NCBI RefSeq assembly: GCF_035594765.1 | Contig: NC_085842.1 | Location: 16,406,782 to 16,470,781 of the forward strand | DNA from: Anolis carolinensis | Lineage: Eukaryota | Direction: 5' to 3' | DNA: 64,000 nucleotides | Position numbers and translations under genes: made by a program | Notes under the pieces: model-generated | Database searches by the model: none | Told to the model about the DNA's origin: nothing | What the model saw: only the letters and a program-made list of their open reading frames with translations | Shown here: positions 1 through 10,500 of the stretch, in pieces | Layout of the letters: each line of letters begins with the position of its first letter | Position numbering within the stretch: the first letter of the stretch is position 1

Positions 1-291
1 TACTGGACTTGAGGCCAGCTGAGCCTTGCTTCTCCATCACTGAGCAGTGATCCCAGACAGACTCCATCCACGGTGAAGGATTGTTTTCCTCATCTGGGAG
101 ATCTTCCCTCAGGTAAAAGATGGGGAAACATTGGGAAATACCATGCCCTGCAAAAGAGGTAGAATTCAAAGACACAGTTGTGTTAAGTCTGGAATTGTTG
201 GGGGGAAATTATCAAAAAGAAAAGAAAAGCAGCCACAACAACAGTACCAGGAGACTTCAGCCCTCCAGGTGTTTTGGGCTTCAACACCTTC

Positions 292-849
292 CAACAAAGG
301 CTGCCCCCAGGCAGGAATCAGCCAGACCTTGAAGCTGCAAGGCCATTCAATGCTAATCAAGGCGGCCAATTGAAACATTAACACATGCCATCTTATGGAA
401 AGAAAAACAGGTTCCAAAAAAAATGGGAAGTCAACCTCTCCCCCCCTTCCTTTTTAATTTTTTTTAATTTTATTATTTTTTCTTCTCTATCTCAAATTTT
501 CCTTCACTGCTCTTCCTTACTATACCAGCACGATGTTTTCCCTCACTTTTGCTGTAAATATCACAATATAACACAATAAAAATTATTATATATATATAAA
601 AAGAAACATTCACATATGCCTCAAGCAGACAAGAGTTCTGGACATCATTCCACAGGTACATAAACCCCACTTGACTAATTTCCCATAGATCTCACAACCT
701 CTGAGGGTGCCTGCCATAGATGCAGGCGAAATGTCAGAAGGGAATGCTGCTGGAACATGGCCATACAGCCTGGAAAACACACAATAACCCATCATCATCA
801 TCATCACTACAGTATATTTATTACTATCATTATTATGATTACTACAGTA

Positions 850-898
<49 letters not shown>

Positions 899-1028
899 CA
901 CCATTATTATCACCTTTGAGGGTGCCTGCCATAGATGCAGGCAAAATGTCAGGAGGGAATGCTTCTGGAACATGGCTATAGAGCCTCAAAAACTCACAGC
1001 AACCCAGTGATTCTGGCCATGAAAGCCA
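292..1028 (+). mobile_element. Penelope-like element 3'/pLTR fragments (292-385, 604-790, 914-1028) with decayed hammerhead motifs
   Basis: Same sequence as the other pLTR copies in the window (CTCTGAGG.TGCCTGCCATAGATGCAGGCGAAA...CATGGCCATACAGCC...GTGATTCTGGCCATGAAAGCC). Family name from recall. Confidence 0.7.
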
Positions 1029-1029
1029 T

Positions 1030-1065
<36 letters not shown>

Positions 1066-1070
<5 letters not shown>

Positions 1071-1133
1071 CGTAGTAGTAATAACAACAATAAATACACT
1101 GTAGTGATTCTGGCCACGAAAGTCATATAATTA

Positions 1134-1203
<70 letters not shown>

Positions 1204-1844
1204 CCATAGTAGTAATAACAACAACAATAAATACACTGTAGTGATTCTGGCCATGAAAGCCATATAATAATAATTCAACATGGAGTTTGGTTTGGACAAA
1301 TGTTTGACAGTGGCATTGAAGAAGGGAAAAATCATTGAAAGTGAGGGCATAAATATGCCCAATGGCCAAACAATAAAGTGTCACCAGCCAGAGGCCTATA
1401 AATATCTGGGCATACTACAGCTGGACAACATCAAGCATGAACATGTGAAAACTGTGGTCAACAAAGAATACACACAAAGGGTCAGAAAAATTCTCAAAAG
1501 CAAGCTCAATGGAGGCAACACCATCAAGGCCATAAACACCTGGGCCATACCTGTCATAAGATATACTGCTGGCATCATAAACTGGACACAGGTGGAACTG
1601 GACAATTTGAACAGAAAAACAAGAAAACTCATGACCATTCATCATTCCCTGCACCCTCGTAGTGATGTTGACCGGCTATATCTACCTAGAAGATCAGGGG
1701 GCAGAGGACTCTTACAAGTAAAACAAGCAGTCAAAGAAGAAGAATGGTAATAATAATAATAATAATAATTATTATTATTATTATACCGTAGTAGTAATAA
1801 CAACAACAATAAATACACTGTAGTGATTCTGGTCATGAAAGCCA

Positions 1845-1893
<49 letters not shown>

Positions 1894-2144
1894 CCATAGT
1901 AGTAATAACAACAACAATAAATACACTGTAGTGATTCTGGCCATGAAAACCATATAATTAATAATTATTATTATTATTATAATTATTATTATACCATAGT
2001 AGTAATAACAACAATAATAAATACACTGTAGTGATTCTGGCCATGAAAGCCATATAATTAATTATTATTATTATTATTATACTATAGTAGTAATAACAAC
2101 AACAATAAATACACTGTAGTGATTCTGGCCATAAAAGCCATATA

Positions 2145-2177
<33 letters not shown>

Positions 2178-2333
2178 CCATAGTAGTAATAACAACAACA
2201 ATAAATACACTGTAGTGATTCTGGCCATGAAAGCCATATAATTAATAATAATTATTATTATTATTATTATTATACCATAGTAGTAATAACAACAACAATA
2301 AATACACTGTAGTGATTCTGGCCATGAAAGCCA

Positions 2334-2379
<46 letters not shown>

Positions 2380-2534
2380 CCATAGTAGTAATAACAACAA
2401 TAAATACACTGTAGTGATTCTGGCCATGAAAGCCTTATAAAATAAATAATAATAATAATAATAATACCATAGTAGTAATAACAACAACAATAAATACACT
2501 GTAGTGATTCTGGCCATGAAAGCCTTATAAAATA

Positions 2535-2602
<68 letters not shown>

Positions 2603-2645
2603 ACTATAGTAGTAAAAATAACAACAACAATAAATACACTGTAGA
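1066..2645. repeat. Composite tandem repeat: constant ~63-bp unit (10 full + 1 partial copy) separated by variable (AAT)n/(ATT)n tracts
   Basis: Unit ATACCATAGTAGTAATAACAACAACAATAAATACACTGTAGTGATTCTGGCCATGAAAGCCAT at about 1066, 1201, 1783, 1891, 1991, 2079, 2175, 2272, 2377, 2464 and (partial) 2600. Confidence 0.9.
1276..1747 (+). mobile_element. R4/Dong-clade non-LTR retrotransposon fragment (post-RT region)
   Basis: ORF 1280-1750 (MEFGLDKC...YKYLGILQ...[12 protein letters not shown]...[13 protein letters not shown]) is nearly identical to 56350-56810 and is flanked by (TAA)n. Confidence 0.8.
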
Positions 2646-2824
2646 AATGAGAGTACTACTTCTACTAAAATTATATAAATTATTTTATTATTTCCCAGTC
2701 TCTCCTCAAGGCTTGTGGCTACAGTTAAATTAAAATGTAATTAAAAATACATAAAGAGTACTTAGTGCAGAAGAAGGGAAGCCCCGCTTTCCCTCTTCCT
2801 CCTCTTCCTCCTGGAAGCAGGTGG

Positions 2825-2985
2825 ACGGAAGGGGCGGAGCGACGCTGACAGTTGGCATCAGCAACCTTCCAGGTCCCGCCTCCTTTTCCCGCCATTTCTC
2901 TGCCTTCTTAGAAGAGCTACTGAGGTTGGACCAGGAGGATGGGATTTTGGTCTTTGATTCCTCGTTGCCTCTCTCTTGGGTGAGT
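2825..2985 (+). promoter_or_regulatory. Probable promoter and non-coding first exon of gene A
   Basis: GC box GGGGCGGAG at about 2831, local CpGs, consensus donor G|GTGAGT at 2980, and a matching acceptor before the SCAN exon (TTTCTTTCTAG ending at 6980). Confidence 0.45.
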
Positions 2986-3010
2986 CCCACATGTTTCCTA
3001 GATGCAGAAT

Positions 3011-3144
3011 CAGGCCTGGGCCAGCTTGGGCCCTCCAGGTGTTTTGGACTCCAACTCCCACCATTCCTAACAGCCGGTAGGCTGTTAGGAATGGTGGGAG
3101 TTGGAGTCCAAAACACCTGGAGGGCCCAAGCTGGCCCAGGCCTG
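3011..3144. mobile_element. Palindromic MITE (hAT-like)
   Basis: Near-perfect inverted arms CAGGCCTGGGCCAGCTTGGGCCCTCCAGGTGTTTTGGACTCCAACTCCCA...TGGGAGTTGGAGTCCAAAACACCTGGAGGGCCCAAGCTGGCCCAGGCCTG. Confidence 0.75.
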
Positions 3145-3438
3145 ATTTAGTTGATTTAGTTGATCCAGGCCGCAACACCTCTTGAGCTGTCGTAGCCTGG
3201 GTTCAGGGCTCTCTGGATAAGGGTAAACTACAACTCCCAGATCCGAGATCAATCACTCTCAAACCAGGCCTGTACGCACAATTGGCCATGTTCGATCTGT
3301 GTGCCTCCTCCACATACACACATACACATTTTTCACTTTTGTTATGTGTATAGATTGCCGGGCTTGGTCCCCATGTGAGCCGCCCCAAGTCCCTTCAGGG
3401 AGATGGGGCAGGATATAAGAATATTATTATTAAGTGTC

Positions 3439-3770
3439 TGGAGCGGTACCTATGGATCTACTCACATTGGCATGTTTTCGAACTGCTAGGCTGGCAGGAG
3501 CTGGGGCTAACAGCGGGCGCTCATTCTGCTCCCGGGATTTGAACCTGGGACCTTTCGGTCTGCAAGTTTAGCAGCTCAGCGCTTTAACACACTGCGCCAC
3601 CACCAAGGGCCCCGGCGGGAAGGTAACGGCGCTCCATGCAGTCATGCCGGCCACATGACCTTGGAGGTGTCTACGGACAACGCCGGCTCTTCAGCTTAAA
3701 AATGAAGATGAGCAGCAACCCTCAGAGTCGGTCACAACTGGACCTAACGTCAGGGGAAACCTTTACCTTG
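3439..3770 (+). mobile_element. Sauria SINE with inverted 5' half
   Basis: 3439-3612 is the reverse complement of the 5' half of the copy at 26602-26927, and 3613-3769 is the forward 3' half. 12-bp TSD TTATTAAGTGTC at 3427-3438 and 3771-3782. Confidence 0.85.
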
Positions 3771-3892
3771 TTATTAAGTGTCCAGAGTAAAGTGACCAAA
3801 ATGATCAAAGGTCAGAAGTTGTTGTTGTTGTTGTTGTTGTTATTATTATTATTATTATTATGTGATCTTGGCCATGAAAGCCTTCGACAACA

Positions 3893-3935
<43 letters not shown>

Positions 3936-4070
3936 TATACCCTGCCTTTCTCCCTGTGGTGACTCAAAGCGGCTAACACTCCACATTAAACAAGTTTAAA
4001 AGATGCAATACAAAAGTTAACAAAAAAATAACAGTGTGGTAAAAACAGAATTAAAATACAATAATAATAT

Positions 4071-4543
4071 AATCTTTATTTATATTCTGCTCTATCTCCC
4101 CGAGGGGACTCAGGGCGGATTACAGAACACGTTTACGGCAAACGTTCAATTCTGTGATAGAATTAACGAGGACAGACAATATGTAAACAGAGGTAAAGGC
4201 TTTTCCCATCTTTTCCATTTCCGGCATCTGGAGGCTGTGCTCGACTCCGGCCTCGGGGTGGGGTGGGGTGCTGCCGCTCCATCTTCCATGCCGAGGAGCT
4301 TTGTCGTCCTTAGACATCTTCCCAATCAAATCGTAGGCATTGGCCCTACGGGCACCTTTTATTACCTCCTTGCTTAAAGCAGTACCTATTTATCCACTCT
4401 CGTTTCTGTTTTTGATCTGCTAGGTGAGCAGGGATGTGGAGCTAATGGCAGGTGCTCACCCCAACCCAAGCTTGAACTGCCAGCCTTTCAGTTGATAGGA
4501 TTTTCTGCAGCTATCAGTTTAGCTTGCTGTGCTAAGCCCGGCC
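4071..4543 (-). mobile_element. tRNA-head SINE with L2-like 3' tail
   Basis: Minus-strand head GGGCCGGGCTTAGCACAGC...GGCAGTTCAAGC and tail TGTAATCCGCCCTGAGTCCCCTCGGGGAGATAG...AAATAAAG. Confidence 0.5.
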
Positions 4544-4559
4544 CCTAAATACACTAAAA

Positions 4560-6095
4560 TGCCCTTTAAAACTAATATCCTCCGCAGTCCCATCCAATCT
4601 GTCTAAAGCCTTCCCCTTCCCCAAATGCCTGTAGACATAAAAAGGTCTTGACCTACTTGCTGAAGAAAGGTCAGCAGAGATGGTCAGTCTCTTTTGGGAG
4701 GGATTTCCACATTCTGGGAGCAGCCTCCAAAAAGTTCCCACCAAGCAAGCTTGAATGGGAGGTGGGACAAAGAGAAGGCCCTCCCCAGTAGATCGTAGAT
4801 GTCCCACAAGTTCATAAAACGAGATACAGACCTTCAGATAACCTGGACAAGGGCTTTGTAGGTCAAAACCAGTACTTTGAATTGTGCTCAGAAATGTGTT
4901 GGCAGCCAGTGGAACTGTTGGAAAGAGGAGTTGTCCACTCCCTGTCTCCAGCCCCAGCTAGCAGTCTGGCTGCTGCACTTTGGATCAACTGAAGTTTCCG
5001 AGCACTTTTCAAAGGCAGCCCCATGTAGAGTGCATTGTAGTAGTCCAACCAGGATGAAACCAAGGCATGGACCATGGTAGCCAGATCTGACTTCTCCAGG
5101 AATGGGCACAGTTAGCGCACTAGCATTAGAATCATAGAATCATAGAGTTGGAAGAGACCTCATGGGCCATCCAGTCCAACCCCATTCTGTCAAGAAGCAG
5201 GAAATCGCATTCAAAGCACCCCCGACAGATGGCCATCCAGCCTCTGCTTAAAAGCCTCCAAAGAAGGAGCCTCCACCACAGTCTGGGGCAGAGAGTTCCA
5301 CTGCCGAACAGCCCTCCCTCACAGTGAGGAAGTTCTTCCTGATGTTCAGGTGGAATCTCCTTTCCTGTAGTTTGAAGCCATTGTTCCATGTCCTAGTCTG
5401 CAGGGCAGCAGAAAACAAGCTTGCTCCCTCCTCCCTATGACTTCCCCTCACATATTTGTACATGGCTATCATGTCTCCTCTCAGCCTTCTCTTCTGCAGG
5501 CTAAACATGCCCAGTTCTTTAAGCTGCTCCTCATAGGGCTTGTTCTCCAGACCCTTGATCATTTTAGTTACCCTCCTCTGGACACTTTGCAGCTTGTCAA
5601 CATCTCCCTTCAATTGTGGTGCCCAGAATGGGACACAGTGTGATTCCAGGTGTGGACTGACCAAGGCAGAATAGAGGGGGAGCAGGACTTCCCTGGATCT
5701 AGACGCTATACCCCTATTTATGCAGGCCAAAATCCCATTGGCATTTTTCGCCGCTACATCACATTTTAGGCTCATGTTTAACTTGTCCACGAGGACTCCA
5801 AGATCTTTTTCACATGCATTGCTGTCGAGCCAGGCATCCCCCATTCGGTATCTTTGCATTTCATTTTTTCTGCCGAAGTGGAGTATCTTGCATTTGTCCC
5901 TGTTGAACTTAATTGTGTTAGTTTCAGCCAACCATCTTTCTAATCTGTAACTGTGTAAAAGCACTCCTGGTCACTGACGATACCTGGACCTCCAGATTCA
6001 GAGCCGAATCCAGGAGTACTCCCAAACTGCGAAACTGCGTTTTCAGGGGGAGTGTAACACAGGCTGAGTCAAAAGCATATGTATGCTTGCCCACA
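4560..6095 (-). mobile_element. Decayed L2 LINE ORF2 fragment, interrupted by CR1 at 5128-5946
   Basis: Minus-strand peptides RSLGVLLDSALNLEVQVSSVTRSAF and VHALVSSWLDYYNALYMGLP...KLQLIQSAAARLL are typical of the L2 ORF2 C-terminus. Confidence 0.75.
5128..5946 (-). mobile_element. CR1 LINE, 5'-truncated
   Basis: ORF 5248-5964 ([13 protein letters not shown]...EKDLGVLVD...[12 protein letters not shown]...[11 protein letters not shown]) and an (ATTCTATG)n 3' tail at 5128-5146. Confidence 0.92.
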
Positions 6096-6221
6096 TTGCC
6101 CTGCCTCATGCATGGATGAGGAGTTGTTTAAAGCTACAGACAATGCGATGGCTGTTGCCCGCTTTTGGTCCAAAACTATTTAGCTGTTTGTGATTCCTTT
6201 ATTTTATCACTTTTAAACTTA

Positions 6222-6552
6222 TCTATATATATAAAAGAGTGATGGCATCACGGCAGCGAACAAAACAACAAAGGTCAACACCCCACAACCTCGAAAATTG
6301 ACATCACAACCCCTCATCCATGCCTCTAGGTTGATACAACAAAAAGAAAAGAAAAATAAAGTCCTAATTAGAGGGAGAGGAATAGTTGCTTTTATTCAAT
6401 TGCTGCCAGTTAGGCTAAGCTCTGCTCACTTGGTCTCCTAGCAACCCACTCAGCCCAGGGGACCCTTTACCTTAACTACCACCAATTCCTCAATACTATA
6501 TTTCCCATACCACCATACTTCGCCACAGCAACGCGTGGCCGGGCACAGCTAG
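6222..6552 (+). mobile_element. Non-autonomous Helitron
   Basis: Starts with TC after a host A and ends with CTAG before a host T. Subterminal hairpin GCCACAGC-AAC-GCGTGGC at 6522-6539, no TSD. The same 3' end recurs at 24909-24939. Confidence 0.75.
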
Positions 6553-7102
6553 TTTATTATACAATGCTTTTGACACGAAATAAATAAAGTCAAAAGCAGA
6601 GATACCCCTTTGCCATAACCCTCACAGGATTATGACTTGGCCATTACCACACCCTCTTAGGTATTGCATTATGACATTCGCAGTCATTACCCAGGTGATA
6701 TCAATCAACCGCATGTTCATCAAACAGTATTTTTTTTCTTTGACTAGAAATGCTGTGCCATTTCTATCTAACATCGCCCTCATCCCCGTTTTTTTTGGAG
6801 TGATGTAGGTTCTCTTTTGTATATATAGATTGAATCGGAGCTTTTAAAGTATTTCTTTACCTAAACCTTTGTATAGAAAAAATATCCACTTTCCAGATTG
6901 AATCGGAGCTTTAAAGTATTTCTTTACCTAAAAAGAATGTTTATTCTGAGTTCCTCACCAAACATTTTGGTTTCTTTCTAGAGCTTGGTATCATTCGGTA
7001 ATTTCTCCAGTGTGTTTTCAAAGGCTTTCATGGCTGGAATCGCTTTCTCCAGACTTTTGCCCGAGAAAGGATCTGAGAGGAGAGAAAAGGCTTCCTTTGT
7101 AA

Positions 7103-7537
7103 ATGGCAGAATTTGCCCAGGGGCACAGCTCCGTGATGAAGAAGCAAGGCATAAGGCAAGGATCGCCTCCTGTTCAGGCTGGGAGCAAAGGAACATCCTG
7201 GGAAAGAGGAAGCGTGCAGACGAGGACGGTGAAGGATACGCTTAGTTCAGAGGCACAGCGCCAGGACTTTCGACAGTCCTGCTATGAGGACACTGAGACA
7301 CCCCGGGAAATATGCAATCGACTCCACTCTCTCTGCCGCCGGTGGCTGAAGCCAGAGCAACACACCAAGGCCCAAATCCTGGATCTGGTGGTCCTGGAGC
7401 AGTTCCTGGCTGTCCTTCCTGCGGATATAGAGAACTGGGTGAGGGAATGTGGGGCAGAGACCTGCTCCCAGGCGGTCGCCTTGGCAGAAGGGTTCCTCCT
7501 GAGTCGGGCAGAAGAGAAGAAGCAGCAAGATCAGCAG
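7103..7537 (+). CDS. Gene A SCAN-domain exon
   Basis: [51 protein letters not shown]...[20 protein letters not shown]; donor CAG|GTGAGA. Confidence 0.92.
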
Positions 7538-10500
7538 GTGAGAAGCTTTTTTATCTTTAAAAAACAAATTGGAAAACTCTTCCAATTCAACACTCCATGG
7601 TATTTTCTGAAAACCATCCAATTCATTCCCTGTTTCTTTTCTAAACATTCCCTTTGCCCTCTCCTCTGTCGTTTTGTAGCAGGAAGTCTTCATGGGAGAA
7701 TCTGCTGATTTCCCCGATGTTGAGAAGGGTCCTTTTGGCTCCAGAGAGAGAAGGCAGCACAGATGGACTTCTCAGAAACAGGAGGAAGATGCCATCACCT
7801 TGAGCTCCGATATGGATAAGGTAGGAGGTAGGATCCCTGGTCAGCCAAGAAGGGGACAGTTGTGATATCCCTCTCACTCAGGGTCTGAAAAAAAAATCTC
7901 CATCTTCTTTCTTTCCATCACTCTGACATCTAATAGTGATCTTTGGACTTCATCGGATTACTCTGGGAAGTGTTCAGAAGTGTCAGAAGAAGAGAGTTCA
8001 GTCTAACTCCATTTTGTAATAAAATTGAGTTTTTCCCTACCTTTTAATCACAGTGTTTAGTGTACTCAGTTATCTTGCGTATTTTTCAATGAAAAGGTTT
8101 CCACACTGCAGACATTTGGCCCCGCTCACCATCCATCTCGGTGCTTTTTGGTACTTCTGTTGTGGTAATCTCTGAGCGGTTAGACTCAATTTAACCCTCT
8201 CTGGGGGAGATTCCACCAAAATGCAGCAGAGTAGCAAAAGCAGAGCTTTTAAATGCAACAGTTACTTACATGGGGTGAGCAAGAGAAGCCTTTGATCATT
8301 TAGGATTGCAATGGAGTGCAGAGTCTCAGTAAAAGTTCAAAAAGTATTTATTCAGGTAAAAAGAACTCCATTGTAGATAGAAAGGCTTGGGAGCTGTCTA
8401 GTCTACTCTAGACTGGTTTCTAAGGAAAAATAAGAAAGGAAAAATACCAAACATCTAAATAGTTACATCTTTCCAGGAGAGATGGTGAGATGCTTCTTGT
8501 TAGTTAGAAGAACAAAGGGAGAAGAGGGCTTAGAGAGGGGCGACTGACCGCATGGTCCTGCCTTTTATTGGGGCAATAAACATTCCAATGGATAGAAAGT
8601 TAGTATCCCTAAAGAGTCACATTTCTACTAAATTCAAAGTAAGGGATGTGACGTAAACAGGATAGAGTGAAACACAGTAAAGCCTGTCTAGGCATACTTT
8701 GGAAACAGGGAAAGGATTCCCTCAATCTAACTCTATCATCTATCTAACTACATTTAGACTTGAGTAGTCCAGGATGATTCCCAACAACTTCAACTCCCAC
8801 AATTCCCAACAGCAGAGAGGGAGAGAGAGAAAAAAGGGATGGGAGGAAGGGAATCCCATTTGGAAGGGCAGCAGCAGAGGCTCAGCTGGTGTTTTGGACT
8901 ACAACTCCCACAATTCCCAAGAGCAGGGAGGGAGAGGGACAGAAAAGTGATGGGAGGGAAACCCATTTGGAATGGCAACAACACTGGCCTTCCCAGCATG
9001 GGACACAGACTAATCATGGAAAGAAGGAATAAAGGTACCCTAAAAGGCTATTTTTATTTTTATTTTTGCAAAGTGGAAGTGTTATAAGGTAGCTGTAGGG
9101 TTAATTCTGGCCAGCCTTGATTGATAGCCGCGAGGGCAAATGGCAAGGTCTTACATTTGAGCTACTTGACAGGAAGATGCATCACAGAGTGTGGAATGCA
9201 GGAGGTGCTTCGTGCACACAGAGAACAGACTTTTCAGAGAGACAGACATGCAACATGTGTCCGGATAGTTTTGGACAGTAAGCTATGTAAATACTGTAAA
9301 TAAAGCCTTAGAGCCGCTGAGTTTCAGCAGTTATAAATCAGCGAGGCTGTCGTGTTTTGTGATGCCATTTTCGCTGTTCGCAAAGTAGTCTGAGAGGGTG
9401 AGCTGAGGGCCAACTCATCAATCTAGTCGGGGTCCCCGGTTGAACCCTGACAGTAGCTTACAGCCAAACCTTCCTGCTTGGGGAGCAAAAGGAAATTGAC
9501 CAAAAAATTATTTTGACTCCTCCCCTAATTTCTCCTTCCACAAATTGGGTGATTCTAACTTGAGAGCAACGAGGGCTACTTCATTCGAAATTTGGCAAAA
9601 CATCCAAAGTTTTGAGAAAAATCTTATTTCCTCACCTCTTCCTGATACGTTGGAAAAAAAAATACTGCCCTCAATGTTTAAAAGACTCAAAAACTGCACT
9701 TTAACCATAATGAATGTGGTGAACCCAGTGGAGTACCAGATTTCAAGTGTAGAACTCAGTGGAATTTAAGTTATGTGGTGAAGTGGTTTATGAAGAATTA
9801 AGCTGTGTTTCCTAATCACAAGGTATTCATACAGTTTTCTTTTCTGACTGGGTCAGTATGTTTGTCTCACAGGTACAATGTCTTTTCCTAGGTAAACTTT
9901 GAGGCAGTGTCCGTGTGTTTCAGTGAGGAGGAGTGGGCCCTGCTGGACCCGGACCAAAGGGCCCTCCACAGGGAAGTCATGGAGGAGAACAGGTGGCTCC
10001 TGGCCTCTCTAGGTGAGTTCTTCTCATTGCCAAGGCTTCAGAATCACTGCAGCAGCCACAGGAAGAAAAGAGTCCATCCATCTGTTAGTTCCTAGCACAG
10101 GGGTCCCCAAACTAAGGCCTGTGGGCTGGATGCGGCCCTCCAAGGTCATTGACCTGGCCCCTGTCCTAAACTTTAGACTTAGGGTTGACCTAAGTCTACC
10201 TGGTCTTTGGAGGTCTCTTTGCTTATCTGTGGTCTTATGAGATCATCTAGATGGTCTTTGAAGGTCTCTTTGCTTAGCTACAGCCTTATGAGACCATCTA
10301 GATGGCTTTTGGAGGTCACTTTCCTTACCTATGGTCATATGAGACCGTCTAGATGGCCTTTGAGGTGTCTTATCTATGGTCTTCTGATGGCCTTATGAGA
10401 TCATCTAGATGGTCTTTGAGGGTCCCTTTCCTTACCTATGGTTTTTTGAGATCATCTTGATGGCCTTTGGGGACTCCTTTCCTTACCTATGGTCTTATGA

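Noticed and set aside
1-118. Possible exon ending at CAG|GTAAAA (about 111)
   Set aside because: Stops in all three forward frames and no upstream context in the window.
610-2604. Poly-I/L/N/Y ORFs (also 23042-23420 and 24936-25748)
   Set aside because: These are translations of microsatellites with no coding signal.
1066-2645. CRISPR-like repeat-spacer appearance
   Set aside because: The spacers are simple AAT/ATT microsatellites, the repeat is TE-derived and ~63 bp, there are no cas genes, and the context is vertebrate.
8300-9490. Older LTR-like sequence around the 9094-9452 solo LTR
   Set aside because: No convincing termini or TSD could be defined by eye.
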